Below the pieces are notes generated by a model that saw nothing but the letters and a program-made list of their open reading frames with translations, made no database searches and had not been told where the DNA came from. The translations under genes and the position numbers were made by a program. Positions 9,795-21,678 of a DNA stretch of 64,000 nt are shown here, piece by piece. The first letter of the stretch is position 1. Each line of letters starts with the position of its first letter. Origin of the DNA: an uncultured Gammaproteobacteria bacterium (GTDB lineage: Bacteria > Patescibacteriota > Microgenomatia > Daviesbacterales > UBA10151); NCBI GenBank assembly GCA_964649615.1, contig CAZYPW010000004.1:9153-73152 (forward strand), given 5' to 3'.

Positions 9795-11330
9795 TTAATG
9801 CCTAAATGCCCTCCTTTTTGAAAATACCATAGTAATCCCCAGCTCATCAGCAGCATCTATTGAGGCTTTATCATTTACAGACCCGCCTTGCTGCAAAATT
9901 GCAGATATATCATATTGTGCAGCCAATCGTACGCAGTCGTCAAATGGGAAAAAGCTATCCGAAATTAAGATACCTTCTTTAGCATAGTCTGCTGCTTGCT
10001 CCAAAGCAATTTTGGTTGCCCCCACTCTTGAAGTTTGACCCGAACCAATACCGCGAGTCTGCGGAATTTCTTTATCTATTACAATGACTGCATTAGACCT
10101 GACTGCTTTGACTGCTTTAAAACCAAATTTCATCAACTCTAATTGTTTTTCTGTAGGCTTGTTTTTAGTTACAACCTCCCAGTCCTTAAAACTATCTTCT
10201 ATATTATCATCAAAATCCTGAAGTAATGCTGCACCGGAAAAATATTTAAGGTCCCATTTTTCTGATCTTACAGAAGGGATCTCACCGAAGGTATAAATCC
10301 CCATGCTCTTTCTGACCTTTTTCAATAACTCTAACGCTTGATCGCTTATACCCGGTACTGCCACAATATCTATATTTCCTTCTTTCTCATTTTTAAAAGT
10401 AGCAACCACTTTAGCAGCAGCTTCGTCCATTTTTTTATTTATCACCATCACTCCCCCAAAAGCAGAAACAGGATCTGCTTTAACAGCTCTATCTAGCGCT
10501 TCCTCTGCATCTTTCCCGGTTGCTATTCCGCAAGGGCTTAAATGTTTGATCACACAAGCCGCAGCTTCTTTAAATTGCCTGACTGTTTCCAGACCTGCAT
10601 AAATATCACCAATATTGGTACCGGATAATTCCCTGCCCCAAAGGTGTTTTAATTTTGAGAGAGGTGAATTTGTTTTCGGTAATAAATAAAATGCGCCCTG
10701 CTGATGAGGATTTTCTCCATAACGTAGAATATTTGTTTTTCGCAACGGAATTGTTATTTCGTTGGGAAACTCCTGCCTGCCGGCAGGCAGATCTCCTTCG
10801 GAAAAATAATTTCCAATTTGGCTGTCATAAAAAGATAAATGATAAAAAGATTTGGCTGCCAGCTCTTTTCTTTTTTGCACGCTCTTTATAGCATCATCCA
10901 ACTGACCATAATCATTTGAATCTACCATCACTACTACATTTTCATAATTTTTACCGGCTGCTCTAATCATTGTTGGACCCCCCACATCTATATTTTCAAC
11001 ACCGGGTTTCTGTTCAAATGGATAAAGATTACAAACAACAACATCAATTTGTGGAACACCTAATTTTTTTGCTTCTTCAATATGTTTAGGATTTTTCCGG
11101 TCAAACAATATGCCACTTTCTATTTGAAAAGAAATGGTTTTCATCCTACCATCAAAGCAGTCTCTGGGGTTTCCGGTAATTTCTTCAATTGGAGTAACTT
11201 CAATCCCACTTTTTTTAAGTGTTTCAAAAGTCCCGCCTGTGGAGATTATAGTGTAGCCATTTTTTACTAAAACTTTTGCAAAATCTTCTATGCCGGATTT
11301 GTCATATACACTTAAAAGCGCATACTTCAT
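9795..11330 (-). CDS. purH: bifunctional AICAR transformylase/IMP cyclohydrolase
   Basis: STGGT, ENIDVGGPTMIRAAGKN, LRYGENPHQ, KH, GQTSRV, SDSFFPF. Confidence 0.95.
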   Translation of the reverse strand: MKYALLSVYDKSGIEDFAKVLVKNGYTIISTGGTFETLKKSGIEVTPIEEITGNPRDCFDGRMKTISFQIESGILFDRKNPKHIEEAKKLGVPQIDVVVCNLYPFEQKPGVENIDVGGPTMIRAAGKNYENVVVMVDSNDYGQLDDAIKSVQKRKELAAKSFYHLSFYDSQIGNYFSEGDLPAGRQEFPNEITIPLRKTNILRYGENPHQQGAFYLLPKTNSPLSKLKHLWGRELSGTNIGDIYAGLETVRQFKEAAACVIKHLSPCGIATGKDAEEALDRAVKADPVSAFGGVMVINKKMDEAAAKVVATFKNEKEGNIDIVAVPGISDQALELLKKVRKSMGIYTFGEIPSVRSEKWDLKYFSGAALLQDFDDNIEDSFKDWEVVTKNKPTEKQLELMKFGFKAVKAVRSNAVIVIDKEIPQTRGIGSGQTSRVGATKIALEQAADYAKEGILISDSFFPFDDCVRLAAQYDISAILQQGGSVNDKASIDAADELGITMVFSKRRAFRH

Positions 11331-12454
11331 GTTAGTATTTTTCTAAGTTCTCCTTTTTCTATTGCCTCTTTAATTTCCATTGCTACTCGCCTTCCCATAG
11401 AAATATTTTTCCCGTATAAATACCCGCTATATGGAGTGGCAAAAATCCCGGGACTTCCCGGCATTCGCGGGGAAACATCAAAAACAATAATTTCCTTTTT
11501 AGGAGGGCCAGGAATGATTATTGTTTGTAAACCAAACGGCCCTATGACTCCTGGCTTATATAGTTTCTGAGAAGCTTTCACAAATCTTTCTCCCATTGCA
11601 AATGCATCTTCTAGTAGAGATTCCAGTACAGTCACTGATACATGGCCTGCCTCTTCAAAAGTTATCCCATACTTATCTCTAACAAGTTTATAATCATCCG
11701 GCGCTACCTTCGTATATCCTTCTGCATTAGTTTGCCTTCTTGTATCTGTTCCTATTAATTCAACTCTTTTATGCAAAGGAGAATAGAAATAATTGAAGTT
11801 AACTTGAACACCTACTAAGTATTCTTCTAATATGGCTCTATCAAGAGCTTCTTGAGTGATTCTACCCTGTCCAATTAATTCTTGTGACCGAGAATAAAAA
11901 GTTTCAGGGGAGTTAACTATAAAAAATCCCCTCTCGAAACCAAGATATTTAGCCATTACTTTCACAACACAGGGGCCATCGATTTCGCTTGGATTTTTAA
12001 ATTGTTTCGGATATCTAATCCCTGCCTCTTCCATAATTTTATATTGATCCACATTATTCCCAGTTCCTCGCTCTTCACATTTTAATAAAAACTTGTTTCC
12101 AAACATGGGGACTTTAAATTTTTTCTCAATTGCATTGTAATCGTTTATATAAACCTCAAAAGACCTGTGGGGAATAAATATGGCATTTCTTTTTAAGAGT
12201 TCTTTTTGAACTTTCTCCGATAAAATATCTTTGAAATTTTCTAACTCAATAACTTCATCAACACAACCTATTTCTCCATTACTTTTGTAATATTTGGCAT
12301 AGGTTTTATCTCTACCCTTTTGCACAATTACCAAAGTTTTAAAACCTAAATCTTTAGCTCCCCTGCAAACATCTAACGCAGAGTGACTACCTAGAACGGC
12401 TATTGTAATATCAGAAAGTTTTAAGTTTTGAATTGTAGTTTTGAGTTTTGACAT
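11327..12454 (-). CDS. purP: PurP-like ATP-grasp protein (DUF1246/DUF1297)
   Basis: GSHSALD, PHRSF, ERGFF, GPFGLQ, DVSPRMPGSPG. Confidence 0.85.
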   Translation of the reverse strand: MSKLKTTIQNLKLSDITIAVLGSHSALDVCRGAKDLGFKTLVIVQKGRDKTYAKYYKSNGEIGCVDEVIELENFKDILSEKVQKELLKRNAIFIPHRSFEVYINDYNAIEKKFKVPMFGNKFLLKCEERGTGNNVDQYKIMEEAGIRYPKQFKNPSEIDGPCVVKVMAKYLGFERGFFIVNSPETFYSRSQELIGQGRITQEALDRAILEEYLVGVQVNFNYFYSPLHKRVELIGTDTRRQTNAEGYTKVAPDDYKLVRDKYGITFEEAGHVSVTVLESLLEDAFAMGERFVKASQKLYKPGVIGPFGLQTIIIPGPPKKEIIVFDVSPRMPGSPGIFATPYSGYLYGKNISMGRRVAMEIKEAIEKGELRKILT

Positions 12455-12467
12455 TTGAGTTTTGAGT

Positions 12468-13484
12468 TTAATCTAAAACCTCCTTTAGCTTATTTTGCGA
12501 AATTGCATTCTTAATCTCGCGGGCGATACGGCGTCCTGTAGACATTGGTTCATCATACAGTAAATATGTATATGGAGATCCATTAATAAAACAATTTGTC
12601 CCTGCAACTATTCGGGCTGAGATTTCTATTACATAAATTTCCTCAGAAGATGTAATAATTGTTTCCAGACAAAACGGCCCAAATAATCCTTTCGGAGAAA
12701 CTATTTTTTGAGATGTTTCAATAACTCTTTGAGCCATATCCACAGCATCTGCAACCATAGATTCCCGAACAGCCATTGGAATGTTTGCAACAACTTCAAA
12801 AGATGGTTCTATATTTAACCCTCTTTGGTTTTTAGCAGGAATCCTACCTAATGAGTCAACATTTGTCTCATATCTTTTATCAACACTCATTAACTCTACT
12901 TTTTTGGTTAACGGTGAATAAAAGAAATGAAAATAAACAGGTACTCCTATTACATATTCCTGAACCATAAACCGCTCTTCCGAAAAGGTTTTTAATTTTT
13001 CATCAAGTTCTTTCTGATTTCTGGCAGTAAAATACCCCTTCCCACCGGCAGCACCATATGATTTTACAATCACCGGCCTATCAGTCTTATCACCTTTTCT
13101 AAATCTGTGGGGAACCTTAATTCCTGCTTCTTCCATCCATATTCTTTGCATCTTTCTGTCCTCCTCCCAATCTAGTACTTTCTTATTTCCAAAATAAGGA
13201 ACTTTCATCTTTTTATTTTCATCCATTCCTAAATATGCCACAAAAGATCCATGTGGAATTATTATGCAATTATCTTTAAGTAACTTTCTTTCTAAGTTTG
13301 GGAAATCGCGCCAGGATTTAATTTTTATTATTTCATCAATGAAGTTTTCGTATGATTTATAAAGTGGAATTCTATCAGAAGTACAAACTACAGCAGTTTT
13401 AAAACCCTCCTGTTTTGCACCCTTGAGAATCTGCAGCGCAGAGTGAGAACCTAAAGTGACAATAGTTATATTTTTAGTTCCCAT
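12468..13484 (-). CDS. purP: formate-dependent FAICAR synthetase
   Basis: GSHSALQILKGAK, PHGSF, GGKGYF, RYETNVD, EISARIVAGTN. Confidence 0.9.
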   Translation of the reverse strand: MGTKNITIVTLGSHSALQILKGAKQEGFKTAVVCTSDRIPLYKSYENFIDEIIKIKSWRDFPNLERKLLKDNCIIIPHGSFVAYLGMDENKKMKVPYFGNKKVLDWEEDRKMQRIWMEEAGIKVPHRFRKGDKTDRPVIVKSYGAAGGKGYFTARNQKELDEKLKTFSEERFMVQEYVIGVPVYFHFFYSPLTKKVELMSVDKRYETNVDSLGRIPAKNQRGLNIEPSFEVVANIPMAVRESMVADAVDMAQRVIETSQKIVSPKGLFGPFCLETIITSSEEIYVIEISARIVAGTNCFINGSPYTYLLYDEPMSTGRRIAREIKNAISQNKLKEVLD

Positions 13485-13486
13485 AA

Positions 13487-15222
<1,736 letters not shown>

Positions 15223-15234
15223 AATAATATTATA

Positions 15235-16755
15235 TCATTCCCACTCCATAGTTGCTGGAGGTTTGTTGGTGATATCATAAACTACACGATTTACTTCCGG
15301 AACTTCTGTCACAATCCGAACAGATATTTTTTCTAAAACCTCATAAGGCAATTTTGCAAAGTTTGCAGACATGGCATCTGTTGCTTCTATTGCTCTAATT
15401 GCTATTGTTTCACCATATGCGCGATTATCTCCCCTAACTCCGGTTGTTTTAATTCCAGTAAAAACAGCAAATGTTTGCCAGAGCTTTTCATTCTTTAATT
15501 CTTCAGTCACAATTGCATCTGCTTTTCTTAAAATTTCCAACTTTTCTTCAGTTACTTCCCCAATAATTCTGACAGCCAGACCAGGTCCGGGAAAAGGTTG
15601 TCTTTGGGTAATACTTTCAGGCAGTCCTAAAATATCTCCGATTTTTCTGACCTGGTCTTTATAAAAATTTCTTAAAGGCTCTACTAAAACTAATTTCATA
15701 TTTTCTGGTAATCCCCCTACATTATGATGTGACTTAATATTTTGTGCATGCTTGCTCCCCTTTGATTCAATTACATCAGGATAAATTGTTCCTTGCACCA
15801 AAAATTTTGCATTAATTTTCTTTGCTTCTTTATCAAATACTTCAATAAAGGTTTTCCCAATAGCTTTTCTTTTTTCTTCTGGGTCAGTTATACCTTTTAA
15901 TGCTTTTAGCATCTCTCTCGAAGCATCTATAATATCAACATTCATTTTGTAGCGATCTTTAAAAATCTTCTTTAGATTTTCTGTTTCACCCTCCCTCATT
16001 AATCCGGAGTCCACATAAACTGATGTTAAATTTTTACCAATTGCTTTATGTGCTAAAAGTGCTGCAACTGATGAATCAACTCCACCGGACAGTGCACAAA
16101 TTACTCTAGCTTCTCCAATTGAATCCTTTATATCTTCTATAATATTTTCTACAAAGTCTTCATTTATTTCTGATTTTTTTGGAGTGAACCCACATATCAT
16201 TAAAAAGTTTTCTAAAACTTGTGCGCCAAATTCGCTGTGCACAACTTCCGGATGAAATTGAATCCCATAAATTTTATCCTGGCGGTTTTCAATAACTGCA
16301 TAGGGAATTGTTTTTGTGGTAGCAAAATTTTCAAAACCTTTTGGCAATTTCACCACATTATCTCCATGACTCATCCAAACATTAAAACTCTTTGGTAAAT
16401 CTTTTAATAATTCTGAATTCTGAATTCCAGATTCTAAATTTAAAACTGCTGGTCCATATTCTTTTCTGTATCCAGGCTTAACTTCTCCGCCTAATAAATG
16501 ACACATTAATTGCTGTCCATAACAAATGCCTAAAATCGGAATTCCCAAATTAAAAATTTCTTTTTCAACAGTTGGTGAATTTTTTTCATAAACAGATGCC
16601 GGGCCTCCTGAAAGAATAATTCCCTTAGGTTTTAGTTCTTTTATTTTCTCCAATGCAACTTCGGGAGTTGCAATGTAAACTTCTACCCCTAATTCCCTGA
16701 TTCTTCTGGAAATTAAATGTGCGGTTTGTGATCCAAAATCAACTAGTATAATCAT
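15235..16755 (-). CDS. guaA: GMP synthase (glutamine-hydrolysing)
   Basis: DFGSQ, GICYG, QFHPE, SGGVDS, IKSHHNVGG, KPPATMEWE. Confidence 0.98.
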   Translation of the reverse strand: MIILVDFGSQTAHLISRRIRELGVEVYIATPEVALEKIKELKPKGIILSGGPASVYEKNSPTVEKEIFNLGIPILGICYGQQLMCHLLGGEVKPGYRKEYGPAVLNLESGIQNSELLKDLPKSFNVWMSHGDNVVKLPKGFENFATTKTIPYAVIENRQDKIYGIQFHPEVVHSEFGAQVLENFLMICGFTPKKSEINEDFVENIIEDIKDSIGEARVICALSGGVDSSVAALLAHKAIGKNLTSVYVDSGLMREGETENLKKIFKDRYKMNVDIIDASREMLKALKGITDPEEKRKAIGKTFIEVFDKEAKKINAKFLVQGTIYPDVIESKGSKHAQNIKSHHNVGGLPENMKLVLVEPLRNFYKDQVRKIGDILGLPESITQRQPFPGPGLAVRIIGEVTEEKLEILRKADAIVTEELKNEKLWQTFAVFTGIKTTGVRGDNRAYGETIAIRAIEATDAMSANFAKLPYEVLEKISVRIVTEVPEVNRVVYDITNKPPATMEWE

Positions 16756-16766
16756 ATATTTTTTAC

Positions 16767-16848
16767 TGTCATCCTGAACAAAGTGAAGGATCTCTAGATT
16801 TACTCAAGAACAAGTCTAGAGATTCCTCTCTAATCGCTCGGAATGACA
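16767..16848. repeat. REP-like palindromic element TGTCAT...ATGACA
   Basis: Terminal IRs TGTCATCCTGA/TCGGAATGACA, inner TCTCTAGA/TCTAGAGA; related copy at 18655-18725. Confidence 0.8.
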
Positions 16849-16850
16849 AT

Positions 16851-17630
16851 TTATTTTCCTTCCTTTACAAACTGTACCATATCTTCAAAGATAAAAGCTC
16901 CATGTGGTTTTTCAATTTTTTCTCTTCTCCAATTTGGATATTGGGTTATATCCACAAATTTTTCTGGGTGTGGCATAAGTCCTAAAACTCTACCTGTTGG
17001 ATCTGTTACTCCGGCTATGGCATTTAAAGATCCATTTGGATTTTGGGGATAAGTTTGTGTAGGATTTCCATTACCATCAATATATCTGAAGATCACCAAA
17101 TTCTGTGCTTCTATTTTCTTCAGTGTCTCTGTGTTTGCAAAGAACTTTCCCTCTCCGTGATTTATCGCAAACCAGCCAATATTTTTTTCTCCCTTTAAAA
17201 ATACACATTTACTTTTTTCAAGTCTTAACTTTATCCATCTGCATTCAAAATGTCCGCTGTCATTAGATGTTAAAGTAGCATCCATTTCTCCCAGATTTCC
17301 AAAAGGCAATAATCCTGTTCTGATAAGAGTTTGGAAACCGTTACAAAGACCAACAATAATCCCTCCCTTATCTCTAAACTTTTCAATTTCCTTTTTTAAA
17401 AAACTCATAAGTTCCACTGCCAGAATTTTACCTGAAGCAATATCATCACCATAGGAAAATCCTCCAGGAAGTGCCAGAATATTAAAATTCCTTAAACTTT
17501 TGGATTTATCCCGTAGTTCATTAACATGAACAAATTTAGGGGAACCTCCAAACTTTTTGAAAGCATAGAAAAGTTCATTATCACAATTAGTCCCATCTGA
17601 CTGTAATATACAAACCTTTACACTCCTCAT
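16851..17630 (-). CDS. purQ: FGAM synthase glutaminase subunit
   Basis: GTNCD, PGGFSYGD, GLCNGFQ, LMPHPE; ATGA overlap with purL. Confidence 0.97.
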   Translation of the reverse strand: MRSVKVCILQSDGTNCDNELFYAFKKFGGSPKFVHVNELRDKSKSLRNFNILALPGGFSYGDDIASGKILAVELMSFLKKEIEKFRDKGGIIVGLCNGFQTLIRTGLLPFGNLGEMDATLTSNDSGHFECRWIKLRLEKSKCVFLKGEKNIGWFAINHGEGKFFANTETLKKIEAQNLVIFRYIDGNGNPTQTYPQNPNGSLNAIAGVTDPTGRVLGLMPHPEKFVDITQYPNWRREKIEKPHGAFIFEDMVQFVKEGK

Positions 17631-20383
17631 CCGAATATTTCCTTCATTGGTTTCTGCCAAGCATCTTGTAATTGCTTCATATCCGCGCTAAATAATCCCT
17701 TAACTCCTAATTTCTCCTCTTTTATCGTTTTCCCTAATATCTTAAAAGGTATTCCTTTGAATAATTTCTTAGCATTTTCCTCATCATCTACTTCAACAAT
17801 AAAACATCCTGCTGTTTCGTTAAATAGAAAATCACCTCGAAGGTGGGCTTTGACTCCTTCGAAGTAAAGCTTTACTCCACAATTTCCTCCAACTGCCATT
17901 TCAAAAATTGCAGTAATTAATCCTCCTTCTGAAACATCATGAGACGCTAAAACCTGTCCACTAATAATTGCTTTGTGCACTTTCTTCAAAACCTTAGGTA
18001 GTAGTTTTAAATCCACTTTTGGTACACCTCCCAGGTGGGCCATGACTCCTGGGAGGTGAGCTGCTTGGCCTACCAAAACTACAGTTGATCCCGTCTTTTT
18101 AAAATCAGAAGATACTGTTTTTTTAACATCCGGTATTTTTCCGAAAACTGACATAACTAAAGTCGGTGGGCTATGTATTATTACTCCATTAGACCCCCGA
18201 TAGGTGGCAAATAAACTGTCTTTTCCGGAAATCACAGGCAAATTTAGCGCTTTCATAAAATCAACTACTGCATCTACAGCTCTATCTAATTTTCCCAACC
18301 ATTCTGCATCAGGATATGGCCATATATAGTTGTTTATCAAAGAGGCATTCTTATAATCTCCACCAACAGCAACATAATTTGAGATTGCCTCAGTTGCAGA
18401 CCAGATACTTCCCCAGTAAGAATCCTCTCTTGTTAACTTTGGATTAAGTCCGTGGGAAACAACTACTCCATAAGGTTTATCTAAAATTGGTTTTACAATG
18501 GCTGCATCTTGAGGTCCATCCATCCCTTCTCCGGCATATGGATGTAGCGCATTTGTTCCTTGAACATTGTGATCATAAAGCCTTAATATTGGTTCTTTAG
18601 AATTTACATCACCTGATGCTAAAACTTTTTCTAAAATCTTAGCCCAATCCACTTTGTCATTCTGAACGATTAGTGAAGAATCCCTAGATTTAATCTTGAG
18701 ATTCCTCGCTTCGCTCGGAATGACAGCGGGAGAAGTTGCCTTCATTACCCTTTGAGGCAATCCCCCAAACAAAAACTTCATTTCCAAATCTCCTACTTTT
18801 TCCTTACCATAAAAAACTTGTAACTTTTTACTTCCATCAAACTGCGCAATTTCAGTTGCTTCACTATTATATTTGTTAGCAATTTCCAAAAACTTTTTAA
18901 GATTCTTCTTAGGCAAGATTACCAACATTCTTTCTTGTGATTCTGAAACCCAAATCTCCCATGGTGCAAGTCCCGGATATTTAACAGGAGCCTTTTCTAG
19001 GTGTACCTTTACTCCTAACTTTTCTCCCATCTCTCCAATAGCAGATGAAAATCCTCCAGCTCCCAAATCCTGTACAGCCCTTATTAAATTTTTATCTCTA
19101 GCTTCTAAAATGGCGTCAAACATCCTTTTTTCCTCAATGGCATTACCAATTTGCACAGCAGTGGTATTAACTTCTATAGTTTTTTCGCTCATTACAGCAG
19201 AGGAAAAAGTTGCCCCATGTATCCCATCTCTGCCAGTCCTTCCTCCAACTACTACTCCTATATCACCAATCTCAGGAGAACCTTTTTTAGCTTTGCTTTT
19301 TGGTAAGATTCCATAAGCTCCCACTAACACAATTGGCTTGGCTTTAAAATCCTCATCAAAATGAAATGATCCATTGTTGGTAGGGATTCCTATTCTGTTT
19401 CCATAATCTTTCACTGCTGTAACTACTCTTTTTAAAATATAGTCAGGTGGTAAAGTTCCAGCAGGCAGTTTATTTTTATCTAAGCCAGGAGGGGCTAAAC
19501 AAAAGATATCTGTAGAAACTATAGCCTTTGCACCTTGCCCTGTGGCCACCACATCTCTAAAAACTCCCCCGGATCCGGTCATAGCTCCTCCGTATGGTTC
19601 AATCGCAGATGGAGCATTATGGGTTTCTGCTTTACCATTAATGGCCCATCCCCCGTAAAAATCCATTACTCCGGCATTATCAACAAATGCAGAAACTATA
19701 TTTTTATTGTGTTTCAAAGCTTCTTTTTTAAGACGAGTAAATAAAGGCTCTTTTTCTTTTCCATCAATAATTAGTTTGGCTTTAAAAGTTTTGTGAGCAC
19801 AATGTTCACTCCATGTTTGAGCAATAGTTTCCAGCTCCAAATCAGTTGGATCTCTTTTAATATTTTTAAAACAACTTTGAATTGTTTTCATTTCCTCAAG
19901 ATTTAAAAATAGTTTATACCTTGATAATTCCATTAATTCTTCACCAGTCATATTTCTTAATTTGATAATAGTAGTTTTACCTGAAGTTCCTTTAATTATT
20001 AATGTTTTCGGCTCTTCTGTAACTATATGTTCAACCATAGGATTAAAAAGGCCTTTTAAAACTTCTTTGCTGGGTGAATGAAGAAAACCATATTCATGAG
20101 AAGAATCGGCTGCAATTAATTTAATTCCTAAATCTTCTGAGGCTTTTAGAATAGATCCTACCTCAGGATTCATTACCCCAGGTTTGTAAGCAATTTCTAT
20201 GATTTCTTTAGCGCCTTCTATTATTGGAGAATTTAAAGTATATGTTTGAATAATACTTTCACATAAAAATTTTTCAGCTAATTCCTTGGCTTTCTTTTCT
20301 GAAACCCCTTCTAACCTGTATACCTTAGCTTGTTTTACATCTCCCTTATTCTCAATACTTTTAACCCTGACAACTTGTATCAT
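17627..20383 (-). CDS. purL: FGAM synthase PurL with N-terminal PurS-like extension
   Basis: WSEHCAHK, KAETHNAP, DLGAGG, SESQERM, SGKDS, HDVSEGG; N-terminal YKPGVMNP. Confidence 0.96.
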   Translation of the reverse strand: MIQVVRVKSIENKGDVKQAKVYRLEGVSEKKAKELAEKFLCESIIQTYTLNSPIIEGAKEIIEIAYKPGVMNPEVGSILKASEDLGIKLIAADSSHEYGFLHSPSKEVLKGLFNPMVEHIVTEEPKTLIIKGTSGKTTIIKLRNMTGEELMELSRYKLFLNLEEMKTIQSCFKNIKRDPTDLELETIAQTWSEHCAHKTFKAKLIIDGKEKEPLFTRLKKEALKHNKNIVSAFVDNAGVMDFYGGWAINGKAETHNAPSAIEPYGGAMTGSGGVFRDVVATGQGAKAIVSTDIFCLAPPGLDKNKLPAGTLPPDYILKRVVTAVKDYGNRIGIPTNNGSFHFDEDFKAKPIVLVGAYGILPKSKAKKGSPEIGDIGVVVGGRTGRDGIHGATFSSAVMSEKTIEVNTTAVQIGNAIEEKRMFDAILEARDKNLIRAVQDLGAGGFSSAIGEMGEKLGVKVHLEKAPVKYPGLAPWEIWVSESQERMLVILPKKNLKKFLEIANKYNSEATEIAQFDGSKKLQVFYGKEKVGDLEMKFLFGGLPQRVMKATSPAVIPSEARNLKIKSRDSSLIVQNDKVDWAKILEKVLASGDVNSKEPILRLYDHNVQGTNALHPYAGEGMDGPQDAAIVKPILDKPYGVVVSHGLNPKLTREDSYWGSIWSATEAISNYVAVGGDYKNASLINNYIWPYPDAEWLGKLDRAVDAVVDFMKALNLPVISGKDSLFATYRGSNGVIIHSPPTLVMSVFGKIPDVKKTVSSDFKKTGSTVVLVGQAAHLPGVMAHLGGVPKVDLKLLPKVLKKVHKAIISGQVLASHDVSEGGLITAIFEMAVGGNCGVKLYFEGVKAHLRGDFLFNETAGCFIVEVDDEENAKKLFKGIPFKILGKTIKEEKLGVKGLFSADMKQLQDAWQKPMKEIFG

Positions 20384-21678
20384 CTTTGTAATCTTTGAAG
20401 ATCCCTCCAACCAATATCAGTTCTATAATGCAAATTATCTCCTTCAATACTAATAAGCGCCATGGCGTCATATGCTTTTTTTCTTGCCTCAACTAAATCC
20501 TTACCTTCTCCCACAAGATGAAATACCCTACCGCCATTTGCATAGAATTTATTACCTTTCCTTTTAATCCCTGCCCCATAAATTGATATACGAGGTAACC
20601 GCATAGCCTGTTCTAATCCAAAAATTTGTTTACCCTTAACGTTTGAATAATCATCAGGATATCCTTTTGAACAACCAGCAATACTTATACGAACCTTTTC
20701 ATCAAATTCGATTTTTAGTTGATTAAGCCTTTTTTCTAAAACTGTTTCGACTATATCCACATAATCTGTTTTTATGCTTGGCAAAATAACCTCTGCTTCC
20801 GGATCTCCCCACCTGCAATTAAACTCAATAATCTTAACCCCATTCTTTGTTAGCATACCTCCTAGATATAAAATTCCCTTATACGGTCTTCCTTCTTCCG
20901 TCATGCCAGAGAGTGTCGGCCTGATAATTGTTTGTTCTATATTGCGAATAATCGAAGTAGAGATAGCACCTGTTGGAGCAACACTACCTATACCGCCTGT
21001 GTTTGGCCCCTTATCACCATCATAAATCGTTTTATGATCTTGGGAAGATTTGGTAATAATGAAATTTTCACCATCACATATGGCAAAAAGTGTAAATTCC
21101 TCACCCACGAGTGCTTCTTCAATTAGAAATGTTTCACCTGATTTTTCAAACTTACTCATTTCTCTGATTGCCTTTTTTGCCTCTTTTTTATTTTCTGCTC
21201 TTATAACTCCTTTTCCTAAAGCAAGACCCGAGGCTTTGATAAATAAAAGCTGATCAGAAAGTTTGTTGATGTAATCAATTGCTTCTTTTTGATTGGTAAA
21301 GGACTTAAACCTCGGAACCGGAAGATTATATTTGACCATAAAGTTTCTGGCCCAATCTTTACTCCATTCGAGTTCTGATGCTTCTTGAGTGGGACCAAAA
21401 GCTTTGATTCCCAATTTTTGGAATTTATCAACATAACCTGCCGCAATAATATCATCTTGCCCAACATCTACTAAACCTATTTTTTCCTTTTTACAAACCT
21501 TTAAAATTCCATCAAAATCCATCATTCCAATTTCCGGATAATTTTTGATTTTGTCATTTCTAAAATCTGTTAAACCATTACCGGGCGTTATAATTACTTT
21601 TTTTACCAATTTAGATTTGGCATAAGTTACTGCTAAAGCGTGTTCTCTACCATTTTGTCCAATTACTAAAATATTCAT
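20380..21678 (-). CDS. purD: phosphoribosylamine-glycine ligase
   Basis: GREHAL, GLALGKGV, QDHK, GPNTGG, EFNCRWGDPE. Confidence 0.97.
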   Translation of the reverse strand: MNILVIGQNGREHALAVTYAKSKLVKKVIITPGNGLTDFRNDKIKNYPEIGMMDFDGILKVCKKEKIGLVDVGQDDIIAAGYVDKFQKLGIKAFGPTQEASELEWSKDWARNFMVKYNLPVPRFKSFTNQKEAIDYINKLSDQLLFIKASGLALGKGVIRAENKKEAKKAIREMSKFEKSGETFLIEEALVGEEFTLFAICDGENFIITKSSQDHKTIYDGDKGPNTGGIGSVAPTGAISTSIIRNIEQTIIRPTLSGMTEEGRPYKGILYLGGMLTKNGVKIIEFNCRWGDPEAEVILPSIKTDYVDIVETVLEKRLNQLKIEFDEKVRISIAGCSKGYPDDYSNVKGKQIFGLEQAMRLPRISIYGAGIKRKGNKFYANGGRVFHLVGEGKDLVEARKKAYDAMALISIEGDNLHYRTDIGWRDLQRLQR

